Of a stretch of 64,000 nucleotides of DNA, positions 37,962 to 49,907 are shown in pieces; position 1 is the stretch's first letter, and each line of letters starts with the position of its first letter. The DNA is taken from the NCBI GenBank assembly GCA_001643675.2, contig LSRY02000015.1, forward strand, positions 1,674,001-1,738,000, read 5' to 3'. Under the pieces are notes generated by a model that was not told the DNA's origin, did no database searches, and saw only the letters and a list, made by a program, of their open reading frames with translations. The stretch comes from Monocercomonoides exilis PA203 (lineage: Eukaryota > Protista > Preaxostyla). Position numbers and translations under genes: made by a program.

Positions 37962-39388
37962 TTATAATTCTCCATAATAAGCCTTTTTAAACAACTCCTC
38001 AACATCCCTTGCAGAAGGTGTGCGAGGATTTGGTGGAGTGCACTGGTCTTCCAACACAGCAGCACAAAGTGCTGGCAATTTGGCCAAAAATAGAGCTTCG
38101 TCCACTCCGCATTCCTTAATTGTGGACGGCCTATCGAGGCTTTTTGCCAATTTTCGAACTTCTTGAACCAAGCTCAATGTTCCTTCTTCTGGTGTTTTTG
38201 CTGGTAATCCCAATATACGTGCCATTTTCGAGTATCTAAACAAAGGCTCTTTCAAATGACATCTTTCCAAGGCAACTGGATCGGCTTCCTTTTGACTTTC
38301 TTCTTCTTTTTGCGCAAATGGACCAATTCGTGCATTAAATTCGATAACAAAAGGAAGAAGCACAGAGTTTGCTCTTCCATGAGGGATATTATATTCTCCA
38401 CCCAGCTTATGTGCCATGCTGTGAGTGAGTCCTAAGAATGCATTCGCAAAAGCCATTCCTCCAATGCACGCAGCATTATGCATTTTCTCTCTCGAAATCT
38501 CGTCTCCAACACGATAACTTTTCTCCAAATATTCAAACACCATTTCAGCTCCTTGAAGGGCAAGCCCATCTGTATAATCAGAAGCTTCTTTTGTTACATA
38601 AGCTTCGATGCAATGTGTAAGAACATCCATTCCACAATCTGCAATCAAATTTTTGGGTAATGTTTTTGTAAACTGTGGATCCATAATAGCCACATCAGGA
38701 ATAAAGGAGTCATTTACAAGAGCCAATTTACCTTTTTCGTGACCGTGATCAGAAATAACAGAAAAGCACGTAACTTCACTTCCTGTTCCGCTTGTTGTAG
38801 GAATTGCAACAAATTTTGCTTTCTTTTGTTCTTCGGAAATTATCAAAGAACGACTTCCATATGGCTCAAAGTTTCTTCGCATTTCATCAAAGGATAAATG
38901 AGGATTATTGTATAAAAGCCACATCCCCTTTGCCGCATCAATTGCAGTACCTCCACCAAGTGCAATAATTACGTTTGGTCTAAATCTATTCATTGCATCA
39001 ACACCTTTTTTCACGCATTCAATGTCAGGATGAGAAGGTATGTCCAAGTAAATTTCGCTGTGAACATACACCTGTCGACGTCGAAGGTAATACAAAATTC
39101 TGTCAACATAGCCAAGCTTTTTAACAGAGCTATCTGTTGCAATAAATGCGCGAGTAATATCATGCATTTTTTCAAGATATTGTATGGCATCATGTTCAAA
39201 GTACATTTTTGGTGGAATTTGGAAGCATCTGAATTTATCTCTGAAAAATGGCATTTACAGTTAAAAAGCATCATTGAATCTTTAAGAATTAAACGCTTAA
39301 TATTTTCAAACTGCTCTTGCTTGCTTATAACTTGATTTGTTCTTTCTGCATCAGTTGAGCTTGATGAAGCTGAATTTGACATTGACAT
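37962..39388 (-). CDS. Iron-containing alcohol dehydrogenase similar to the C-terminal ADH domain of bacterial AdhE; predicted exons 39312-39388 and 37962-39240
   Basis: FQIPPKMYFE..AIQYL, IATD, ALGGGTAIDAAK, AIPTTSGTGSEVT, DVLTHCIEAYV, THSMAHKLG, PHGRAN. A phase-2 intron GTTTGA...TTTCAG (39241-39311) joins the upstream ATG exon. The ATG at 39254 is an alternative start. Confidence 0.93.
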
Positions 39389-40061
39389 TTCTTTTTTATC
39401 AGATCATCCCATTTATTGACAATTTTTTGATAATTGTCTGTGAATATAATGGGGATACTTGAATGATAATAATGTTCATAACTGTTCAAGTTGAAGAGAA
39501 TCTCTTTTATTAGCAATGATATCTTTCAAACATTTAATATCCGAAAAATATTGACTTTTTGAATTAGAGAAAAAGAAAAAAAAATATGTTTTTCATTTTT
39601 TATTTAATAAAATTCTTACAGATGTTAAAATTATCCAATTGCGTGAAAGATTTGGATAACGGTGTATGAAAAAATCTGACAAAAAGTGAATTATTTGTTT
39701 TACAACTACTCAAAGCAAATTTTGTAAATGCTTTTAGCTGAGAAACTAGAAAAATAATTTTCCAACTAAAAATTATTCTGTTCTACAATATTTCCATGTC
39801 TTTTCTCTTGTCTATTCATCTCATTTGGATTGAACGCTTTCGTAGACAAATGGCCATCGAAGAAAAATTTATCATCAGCTTTTCCATTGAAAATAAAAGA
39901 TTCCCTATATTTTCTCTTTCACTTGCCCTCACTCATTCACACACACGCACACACTCTCAGTTCTTCATAGTCCGTCTCTATTCAACTTATAACCTTTCCT
40001 CTTCACTAACTTCACATCACATCACATCTCATTCGCATCCGCATTCAAACGCCATTCATCC

Positions 40062-41087
40062 TTAGTTTCTTCCGTAGCTCTTCCTCAACTTGTATCTGCG
40101 AGACAAAGGGCGGGACGAGCTGCTGCGGGCGGTGCTGGTTGAACGAGATCTTCTGCTTTGTGAAGATGTTCCTCTTCTCCACTCAGCAGACGACTCATTC
40201 GATGGATATGAGGGATAAGAATGGTAAGAGGGATAAGAAGGATAAACAGTGCTCGAAGAAGAAGAAGAAGAAGAAGGAGAAGGAGAAGTAGCTGTTCTGT
40301 TTGAGCTTGTGTTTCTCACACGTCTCAAATAGGCCTGCCACCTCGCCTCTCTTTCTCTCCTCTTCCTCTCCTTCTCTTCCAGCTCGAACTGATACATCCG
40401 CATCCACATCCTCTGCATCTTCAGGCGCCTCTCCGCATTCAGCCTCCGCAGCATCGCCAGCCGCAGCTCCAGCCGCGACGCCTCCAGCTCTTTCGCATCG
40501 CGCAGCCGCTCAAAAGACTCCAGACGCCGTTTTTGATTCGCATCAAGCTCAGAAACAGATCCGATTTCGTCTCTTTCTCCCAGGAGATTGGGGGAGGATC
40601 GATAGTAGCTGGAATCATAGAGCTTGCTGTCAGATTGCACCATCTTGCCTGCTTTCCTTGCAATCATATCATCATCATCATCTTCCTCTTCCTCTTCCTC
40701 TTCCTCTTCTTCTTCTTCATACCTCTCATCATCGTCCTCATCTTCTGCATCCAAGTAGCTTCCAGCCCTTCCTCTTCTGTTTGCCTCCAGCTTCTTCATC
40801 TCTTCATCAAATGCCTTGTCCATCGTCAGCTCGCGATGGCGTAGTCTGGCTGTGTCCAAATGCGACCCTTTCACCTCAAAATCACGCAGACTGCTTTCTC
40901 TTCCCCTGGGCGTGTCAAGTGCTTCATATTCATCATCATCATCTTCATCATCATCATTTTCATTGTAATTGTAATTGTCATCGTCATTGTAATCATATTC
41001 GTATTCATTTTCTGTGTCCTCGCTCAAATCAAAAAGAGTATCTTGCGATTTTCCACTCCCAACATCAACATATGCTGCATCGTATCC

Positions 41088-41120
<33 letters not shown>

Positions 41121-43597
41121 TCCATAAAAGCCTGTTGGAATGCCATCACTTTCTGTTCTCTCTTTCCCTGCGATCTGCCTTTCAAGCCTGTCCCGCGTCC
41201 TCCTCTGCGCCTCTTTCCGCATCTGCGCCAGCAGACTGCTGTACAATTCAGAAATGTCATCGTCCCATTCGGCTCCTCCTCTAATCCTCCTATCACTTTT
41301 CGCTCCTACTATACATCCTCTTCTTCTACCAAAACCGCTTCTGCTTTGGCTTCTGCTTCTGCTTCTTCCTCCAGAGCTACTTCGTGGCCGGCTTGAGCTG
41401 CGCATCGAGCTCGCCACACTCGGACTTCTATACGCACTTCCTGGCCTGCTGCTGCTGATGCTGCTGCTTCTCCTGCAACTTCCTCCTCTGACGATACACC
41501 CACGTCGCGACCCTCCTCGACTCAAACTGCGCCGCAGCAGACTTCCCGAGCGTCCTCTGCTGCTGCTTCTGTCTCTGCTGAGGCTTCGACGAGAGCTCAG
41601 ACTTCTGCTTCGGCTGCTGCTTCTGCAGTTTCTGCAATTTCTGCAGCATCTGCTTCTGCTTCTGTAGAATGAAGCAGGAGGATAGCATTCGTCTGGCTTC
41701 TGCAGCATCACAACGCGTTTGCGTCTGTCCCCGTAAGAAGACGCAGAAAGAGGACGAGCGCTGCTCAGCGCCATCGGCGGCTTGGGCGGAAGATAAGGCG
41801 GCGTTGGAGTTGTTCCGCGGTTGACCATCTGTGGCCTTCTCCCTTTTCATTTTATTTCATTTCATTTATATATATATATATTATTTTTTTGGTTGAGTGG
41901 GAGATTTTGATTGGGTTCATTTTTATAAATGAAGATAAAATAAGAATGAAAAAGAAGTAGAAGAAGAAGAAGAAGAAGATTATTTTAAAAAAAAAGCTAA
42001 TAAATACAAATGAAAAGTCATTCACACCAAAGTCACTCACAATTCTTCTGTTGCTGTCTGTTGAGCGTCTCGAAGATGACGACACCGACCGGCGTGAATA
42101 AGAGGCCGACGAAGCAGAATTTGGGCGCAGCTGGCTCATGTTGCGCGACCTGCGTGTGCCGACAAGTGGAGACTGAGGCCTTCCTTTCACATCCATCTGC
42201 CTCCGGATCAGCTCTGCCAGGAAGCGGATCTGCTCCCCTTGCTCCCTCACCTTCCGCCGCAGCATCGCCAGCTCGCTTGAAGCTCCTATTCGCTTGCGCT
42301 CGCTTCTTTCCATTTCCATTTCCCCGTCTTCTTCTTCTTCTTCTTCCTCTTCTGTTTCCTCTTCCTCTTCCTCCTCTTCCTCTTCTGTCCCTTCCTCCTC
42401 TCCGTTCTCTTCGCTCTCCCGCAGCTTCTTCGTCAGGTCAATGGCCTTGTCGAGCTCAACCAGCTCAGCCTCCAAAAGATTCGCCTTCTGCTTAAGCACC
42501 GCTGTCTTCCGCTGCGTGTTGTGCAGGTCGCTCTCAAGTGAAGTGCTTCTCCCTGGCTCTTCTGCTTTGCGCTGCTTCTGGCGCTTCTCGTTGTCGGCTT
42601 TGCTCGCGTCCTTCTGCATTTGAGACACAGATAAATACGGTTGAAATGAAAATTTTCATTCATTTATTAATTCATTCATTCATTTTATTGTATTAAAAAT
42701 TAATATTTTAATTGCAATTTTTAATTAATAAAGCATTCAAAAAGCAAATACAATATACAAAAATAAGAATGAAAGATAAAAATTTCACACATTCAGTTTA
42801 TAGCGCAATAACGAAATTGTACGATCTCTTTTTGCTCTAATTTCCATCAGAACTGCAGCTTCTTTCATTAACGAGTCTGTAAGCTCAACCAATTCGGATA
42901 GCCTTGTCCTCAAAAAACTTGCATCTTCAAGAGATCTAAACTTTTGTCCCGCTGGTATTTGCCTCTGCTTCATTTTGTCCTGCCCAATGAGATGCCCTAA
43001 GCCAATTATCCATGTTTCAAATTCACTAAATTTTAAAATATTAAATATTGATATTTCATTCAACAAATTTCAAAATGATCTTTTTAAAAAATGTGTAAAT
43101 AATATCAAGAAATAACCTTTTAGTTGGGGAATATATGTCAATCGGTTTTGGGTCTGCATTAATTGCAAATGAAAGAGATAAGGCTGAAACAACGATCATC
43201 TCTTCGCTTTGAGTTTTGTTTTGAAGTGCCTATAATCCACAAATATACAACCAAAAATAAACATAAATAAACAAAGTTTGAGTTTTGAAAATCAAATTTG
43301 GTTTTACCTGAGAATCAGGACTTATGACAACTGACTTAATTTTTGAAATCGGTAACATATTATCTGCATCAATAGTAAGAATATCTTTTTTTGGATTTAG
43401 CCAATATATATATTGTCTGGATTGGTCAAGCGCCAGCCATCTCAAGTGCAATCCGTTTATTTCTTGTTTCAAAAGCAAACATCCTAAAATACATTTAAAA
43501 TTTTAACTGAAATTCAAAATGTGCATTCGTCTTTACACAAGCCTTTTTGCATTTTAGCAACACATTGTTCGGCGCGTTCTGGAGTAACGTCAAACAT
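40062..43597 (-). CDS. PH-domain (PLC/Mcp5-type-like), coiled-coil, acidic and Arg/Ser-rich protein, about 972 aa; predicted exons 43543-43597, 43308-43483, 43117-43229, 42791-43025, 42041-42613, 40062-41828
   Basis: Five phase-compatible introns give 2919 nt (divisible by 3). Spliced N-terminus MQKGCLLLKQ..HLRWLALDQSRQYIYW...LPISKIKSV...LSFAI...IDIY...SEFETWIIGL matches the PH-fold pattern with its C-terminal helix Trp. Downstream coiled coils, poly-E/D and SR/RS tracts. Confidence 0.7.
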
Positions 43598-43808
43598 TTA
43601 TGCTAAAAATTCTACAAAACTTCAAAATAATAATAAAGAGATCTACACCATAAGAGGAACAAAAAATTTTGAAGATTTGAAGAATGTTCATTTATCCAAC
43701 GATTTTCATATTAAATTATAGCTGAAGCCAGAAAACATTTTATTTTATAAAAACGACAACAACAACGTTACGAATAGATCTTAACCAAAAGAAATTGAAT
43801 TTGTTCAG

Positions 43809-45276
43809 ATGGGACCAGAGATTTCAATTCCTATGTCGGGAGGTCCGACTGAATCTTCGAGTTCTACAACTTCTAAAGTTAGTGACGAAGAAGTTTTGGA
43901 GATGTTTGGAATTGAAGATGCCTCCCTTTCACCAGCGAAACAAAAGATAATTGTTGATTACCTCCGAAATTCTGCAGAATCGTTGATACATTTATCATCA
44001 ACAAAATCAACTGACCCCATTTCAGAAGCTTTAGTAAAGTTCATGAAACTTAAAACAGATGATGCTGAGGCAGCTGCAGAAGGAGTTCATCAGAAACTTA
44101 GTTTAAAAAAATATTTTTTGTAATTGTAATCATTTATTCATCTTTATGATATTCATTAATTTTCTTAAAAATATATTTTCACAAATGCAAACATTAACAA
44201 TAAGATGAATTCGGAAAGAGTGCGAAATCTGATGGTGAAAAAGCTGATTCATCAAAGCATTTACCAAATGCAACAAGATCCGATTTGGCTTCAATGGAAA
44301 AACGCTTGCGAGAATATGCAAAAGCAGTTTGCCCATTTTTTTTTAAAAAAAATTATGTTGGATGATTTTAATGCATTTCAATAAAGAAAATTGAAGAAGT
44401 CCAAGATGAACTTTCAATGCTTACGAAATCAGTTGAAGAGCCATGGTCTTTTAAAGAAGAGGTTCTTTTTATATTTTTTCATACAAAAGCATAACATTCT
44501 TTTTATTTGTTGCAACAATGTATTTTGCTCATTTTGATAACTTAATGGAATAGGATATCGATAAAGAGAGTGAAGATGATGACTCAGATGAAAAGAAAGA
44601 GGTTTTATCAGAAGATAAGAAAGATGAGGATTCATCGGAATCGTCTGATAAAGATGATGATGATGATGACGATGACGACGAGGATAAAAGTGATTCATCT
44701 TCATCTTCTAGTGAGAAAAAAAAAGAAAAGAAAGGAAAATCGGGAACTTTTACATTACCAGTTGGAGAAACCGCAGTGACATTAGATAAAAAAGGAACAA
44801 AAGCAACTTGGACGATGAACAAAGGAGTTAACATGCTAGTTAATCCGATTATTAAAACAGGAATATATAAATGCGAAATGCAGCTGAAGAACACCGACTG
44901 CATCTCGTATGTCACAGGCATTGGTCTTGTGCAGGCGCCATATACGAAAAACTCTACTTATCTGCTGGGAAGCGACGAGCAGTCGTTGTTTTACAATGTG
45001 ATTGGATATCTCAATCACAACAGCAAAAGGACAAATGAACAGCTGAGATCGCAGGACGGAGATGTGATTGGGATTGAGGTGAATATGAAGAAAAAGACAG
45101 TTCACTTTTTCTCGAAGAAGAGCCAGCTGGATGCATTCTATACAAAAATACCGAAGAGCGTGCAAATATTAGGGAGATGCTACAAAATAGGGAGCGAGCT
45201 GACAATTGTGAAGTTCAAGAAGATTTCAAAGGCGACTGTCAAAGAGAAGAAATCGAAAACGAAGCTTGTCTGGTAA
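43809..45276 (+). CDS. SPRY/B30.2-like domain protein with acidic linker, about 403 aa; predicted exons 43809-44100, 44205-44326, 44387-44461, 44554-45276
   Basis: Exons join in frame (1212 nt). C-terminal GIYKCEMQ...GIGLV...LGSDEQS..Y...GDVIGIEVNMKKKTVHFF is a SPRY signature. The first ATG follows CAG, so an upstream exon is possible. Confidence 0.7.
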
Positions 45277-45316
45277 AATGCAAGGGACGAAAAGAGAACG
45301 AGATAATTATATGAAC

Positions 45317-45372
45317 GAGAGAGAAAGAGAAAGAGAAAGAGAAAGAGAAAGAGAAAGAGAAAGAGAAAGAGA

Positions 45373-45427
<55 letters not shown>
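45317..45427. repeat. Compound (GAGAAA)n + (GA)n microsatellite
   Basis: Directly visible just downstream of the SPRY gene stop. Confidence 0.95.
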
Positions 45428-45428
<1 letters not shown>

Positions 45429-47039
45429 ATTTATGTTGAATGAATGGATGGAGAACAATGTTTAATGACAAAAGAAAAATTGTGTTGAAATAATTATGGA
45501 AAGAGACAAAAAAGAATGCAAAGAGCGATTAATTTGAAGAAAGAAAGAGAATGCTTCTATTTTTTTTTTTCCAATGTTAATGTTTGAAAATTTTCTTTGG
45601 CCTGTAAATTGTTGGGGAAAAATATTTCAGGAGAAAACAAAAACAATATTGGAAAACATAATCTTTCTTAAGATTGATGTTCTTTTAGTCAGCATAGTGT
45701 GATTGCTCGTCTGCTCAAAATTCAACTCGTTTTAAAATTGTGTTTATTGTTGAAAGAATAACATTTCAGAATATTTTTTTCAGCTTATCCGTTTGATTTT
45801 AACGATAAGAATAATAAATAAATTTGACATTCGTCATTCTTTTTTAGTGATTCTTCAAATCTTTTGTTCTTTAAATCGTTGTTGATGTTCCAGCCTCTTT
45901 CAAGTTATTTTGTCTTCACGTCATTTAAACTTCTTCACTTTCATTCATTTATTCATTTGAATATTTTTTTTAAGATTTTTTATCTATTTCTTTATACTTT
46001 CAAAATAGAAGCTAATCATTAGAAATCAGTTCGAAAGAGCAGTTTAAAAAATTTTGCTTTCGGCAACTGCAAATGAATGAAAAAATATAAACATTAATTT
46101 TTTATTCAGTCAACAAACTGCCAATTCTTTTATCGGTTGATGATAAATTGAAGTTCCCAATCTGTTGGAATTAGAAATCGAATTATAAATTTGAAAATAT
46201 CGTTTTACAGATAAAACTTCATGTAACCACGTAAAAACGATTCAAAAAAAAAAAAAAATGTAGTTTTGAAGAAAATACAAGATTGGATTTAAGCGTTGTG
46301 AAGGCTTAACACTTCAAATCATTTCAGAGAAAAATTACAAACAAAAAAAAGTAAAAAAGATATAAAAAGATATAAATAAATTAATGAACACATTTAATAA
46401 ATATTCTAAGAAAATGAAGCACAGCAGTCGCTTTATATGCAAATGATAAATTTGCACACAGCAAAGATCGCCTTTTCACAACTTACAGAATAATGCTCTT
46501 TTAATATTTCAATAAACTTAAAAGAAAATTAATAATGATAATAATAATAATAATAAAAGAAAAGAAAAGTAAAAAATTAATTATTAAAAAAAAATGATAA
46601 AAAAAAATATGAAAAAACGCTCAACCTCAACATCAATGCGGGTAATTGAAGTCTTAACTGGAATTTATCTCGGGAAAATAATATATGATTTTATCTGAAA
46701 CAGATTAACACACTTACAAATAACAATAAAAGCAATAAAAGCAATAAACAAATATAAAAATAAAAAAATGAATAAAAACTTATACACCCCAATAAAAATT
46801 GTGTCACTTCATTTCACAATCAATAAAGCGACTGAAAGAACAATTAGATGCAACTGCTGTAATAAAAATGAGAAAAAGTTATAAATTACATTTTGTAAAC
46901 AAACAAAATGAAAATTTCGCTTGTGCAATAGAGTCAGATCTATTGTTATTGTTGTTGTTGATGATAGCAATAACATCCAAAGCAGACAGTCTAAACAGAA
47001 CTCTATCAAAATTTTTTTTAAAAGCACCGTACAAATGTT

Positions 47040-49703
47040 TTAATCTTCCAAATTAGGTGATTGATAGTCCATTGGCACATTACCCGCCACATTCGCAAGA
47101 GATTTCAATGGATCTGTCGACGCCACTGTTGAAATGTTGTTATCTTTCAGCTGATTCAGCTGCTTGCTCTTCATCGCCAGCTGCCTCTGAAGCCTCATAA
47201 TCAGCTCCTTTGCATTCGGCCCCTGCAGCTGCTCGGGTGTCAGCTTCTCCAGCGCCTCCGGGTCGATCAGGAAGTCGTCTTCATCGATGTCCTCGTTCAC
47301 CTGGTCTTTGCTGAGCGAGCTGTCTGAATTGAGCACACTCGACTCGAAATGCGAGATGCCTGGCGAATGCCCGCTCTGCTGCGACAGCTCGTTCGAAGAC
47401 TCAGTCGAATAGTTGGACGCACTCACGCTCAGCTTCATCGCCTCCGAGCTGACGTCGTCGCGGATCGGCGCATACAGCGCCAGGTTCGAGTCCAGCGTGA
47501 GCAGATGCTTCGGGGCGCAGCGCCCGCCCTTCCGGAGGCAGCACATGTACACCACCACCAGCGCGACGACAGCCCCGACAAACAAGAAGGAGATCACAAA
47601 CACAATTGCAAACGTCACTGTGTTGAAAGGCTTCAGATACCCCCGCAAGGTCAGCGCATGCGTCGTCCTGTACTCGTTAAACCCTGTCCCGTATGTCAAA
47701 AAGCACTCAATCGACACGTTCATCGATGCCGGAGCAGAAAGCTCTGACCAACTCGCCTCGCCGTACATGACTGTCTCGTTGTGGAACACACACACCGTGT
47801 GGTTGCTTGTCGTTTCCTTTTTCGTTTTCCCGTCGGTGCGGCGTATCGTAAACGTGGTGTTGCAGGGCAAAAGGTACTCTCCAGTGAAGGTGATGCTGAT
47901 CTGCCTGTCTTCGGGTGTCTGCTCTGCATCAGAAGAACGTGTGTATGCGAGCGAGGTCAGGCGCGGGATGTAGAAATACGAGTCACGCGGCGCCTCGTTC
48001 GTGGTGATGGTGCACTGCCCGTCCCGCAGCATCCACAGCGAGTTCGTCTCGCCCGAGGACTTGTCACCCACAATGTTCTGCAGCGAGACCGTGCCGCCTT
48101 CAAAGCAGATGAGGTTTCTGCGCGCGGAGGGGAAACGTGAGTTCGCTTTCGAATTCTCGTTGAAAACTACATATGCCATGTTTGCTGCGGCTTCGGTTAT
48201 GCAAAACACACCGTTGGAATGGTGGCTGAACGCTGTGTGGTTGAAAGAGCTGGTCTGAGTGAGCTTGTCGACTTTTTCGATGTGGATGAACGAAGAGGCC
48301 CAGGTGCAGGCATCGACCTCCTCTTGGTCTTCGTTGAATGATTGCTGCGAGACGAGAGACGGGAAGGAAGACAACGGATGAAATGAATCAGAAGATGGAA
48401 GATCAGCTGAGAGAGAGAGAGGAGTTTGCGTTGCATAAGCACGGGGTTGTCGATGAAGTGAATGAAGTGAAGAATATTCGTTGCTTGCTCTTTGACTTTG
48501 TTGCTTTGAGCTTTCAGAATGCAATTCATCTGATTTCTCTGTATTCCGTGAGTCATGACTTTCCAGCAGATGAGATCTATTAACATTGTTTACTGCAATT
48601 TGACCGTTAAATTTCTGCGTATTGCTATAATTAATGAACTCATCATCAAATAAATGCCTTTTAAGCTCATTGAAGTCGTCTGTTTCAGACCATTGTTTAT
48701 TGTATCTATCTCCAAAAAACAGCGATCCGTTTATAGAAATTGGGATATTAGTTAAAAGAATGCAAGAGCCTATCAATTTTGTGGAGAAACAACGTAAAAC
48801 AAGAGAATTTTTAATTACAACTTGAAATCCCTTGCCCTCACCAGATATAAGAGCCGGATAAGTCTCTCCTCCTGCTATATCCTTTGCGGTGATATTTTCA
48901 AGAGTCATCGTAACAGTTGACGATGAATCCTCGGGTCTTAAGCAAAATACTGAACCATTCGTCAAATTTATATTTCTTATAACAGAATGTTTCACAGTAA
49001 AACGCTCCAAAATTGTTGTGTGGATGATCGAAGTTGGACTTCCAACAAAATAAAGGTCAGATATCATCATTCTCTCAAAAGTCGCTTCTCCTTTTTTGAT
49101 ATGAAAAAGATTACAATTAAGTTGTGAAACTGCTGTTGGTGATTCACTCGAACTTTCTGATGAAAGAAAGCAACAATCCATAATTTTTGCATTATCTTCT
49201 GTGCTAAATAAAAATATTGAGGATAAGTTTGTTGTTGCTAGTTGTTGGAATTTGACATTTAAATAACTCAATGAAAATGAATTTTCACAATTAAAAGCAT
49301 GATCCTTTTCGTTATTAAATTCAGATGATATTACCATTGATGGAAATTCATCTACATCGTCAGTCAACGAAGAAATGCTGACCTTGTTCATCAGAAGCTT
49401 TTCTTTTTGAAAAATATTTGAACAAATGAAAACATTGTGTTTTTTTTCAGTTTCAAGTTGAAGCGCCTTCATTGTTTCACAAGGATTCTCTTGAGAATTG
49501 CAAGGGAAGTTATTATCATTTCCATTTTCAGATACATAATATGAAACTTCATCAGTATTTTGGTAGTGAACTCCATTTGAAAGAATATCTTCCCCGGAGA
49601 AAACAGGTTTTTCATCTTGAGGAGTTATTTTTTCTCCAATTTTCATAGCTTCCAATGAAAAGAAGGAAACATAAAACAAAAAAACAAAATGCTTCATATC
49701 CAT
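47040..49703 (-). CDS. Short type-I membrane protein of the same surface family (one ectodomain unit plus membrane-proximal module, TM, coiled-coil tail, no kinase)
   Basis: Signal peptide MDMKHFVFLFYVSFFSLEA. YVSENGND..PC..ENPCET. ACTW...FPSARRNLIC...SLWM...C...YFYIPRL...GEYLLPCN. TM FAIVFVISFLFVGAVVALVVVY-MCCLRK. Confidence 0.88.
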   Translation of the reverse strand: MDMKHFVFLFYVSFFSLEAMKIGEKITPQDEKPVFSGEDILSNGVHYQNTDEVSYYVSENGNDNNFPCNSQENPCETMKALQLETEKKHNVFICSNIFQKEKLLMNKVSISSLTDDVDEFPSMVISSEFNNEKDHAFNCENSFSLSYLNVKFQQLATTNLSSIFLFSTEDNAKIMDCCFLSSESSSESPTAVSQLNCNLFHIKKGEATFERMMISDLYFVGSPTSIIHTTILERFTVKHSVIRNINLTNGSVFCLRPEDSSSTVTMTLENITAKDIAGGETYPALISGEGKGFQVVIKNSLVLRCFSTKLIGSCILLTNIPISINGSLFFGDRYNKQWSETDDFNELKRHLFDDEFINYSNTQKFNGQIAVNNVNRSHLLESHDSRNTEKSDELHSESSKQQSQRASNEYSSLHSLHRQPRAYATQTPLSLSADLPSSDSFHPLSSFPSLVSQQSFNEDQEEVDACTWASSFIHIEKVDKLTQTSSFNHTAFSHHSNGVFCITEAAANMAYVVFNENSKANSRFPSARRNLICFEGGTVSLQNIVGDKSSGETNSLWMLRDGQCTITTNEAPRDSYFYIPRLTSLAYTRSSDAEQTPEDRQISITFTGEYLLPCNTTFTIRRTDGKTKKETTSNHTVCVFHNETVMYGEASWSELSAPASMNVSIECFLTYGTGFNEYRTTHALTLRGYLKPFNTVTFAIVFVISFLFVGAVVALVVVYMCCLRKGGRCAPKHLLTLDSNLALYAPIRDDVSSEAMKLSVSASNYSTESSNELSQQSGHSPGISHFESSVLNSDSSLSKDQVNEDIDEDDFLIDPEALEKLTPEQLQGPNAKELIMRLQRQLAMKSKQLNQLKDNNISTVASTDPLKSLANVAGNVPMDYQSPNLED

Positions 49704-49907
49704 TTTGATGAAAAAGGCATCAAGTAGAAAAATTGAGGTTAGAGATCAATTTTCAAAAGAAAAATAAACGAAAGAAAAGTCATTTTATTTCACATTTTGA
49801 ACATTTTAATAGTATTCATTTAATAATCTCCAGAAAACTTTATTTAAAAAATGGGTTATGTATTATCATTTGTGAATTATTTTGACAAATTATAGAAAAA
49901 GTGTTAA

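Noticed and set aside
40301-41667. His-rich, Ile-rich and Leu-rich plus-strand ORFs
   Set aside because: Antisense readings of the poly-Asp/Glu and Ser/Arg codon runs of the minus-strand gene.
45180-45458. LS/LF/FS-repeat ORFs
   Set aside because: Translations of the (GAGAAA)n/(GA)n microsatellite.
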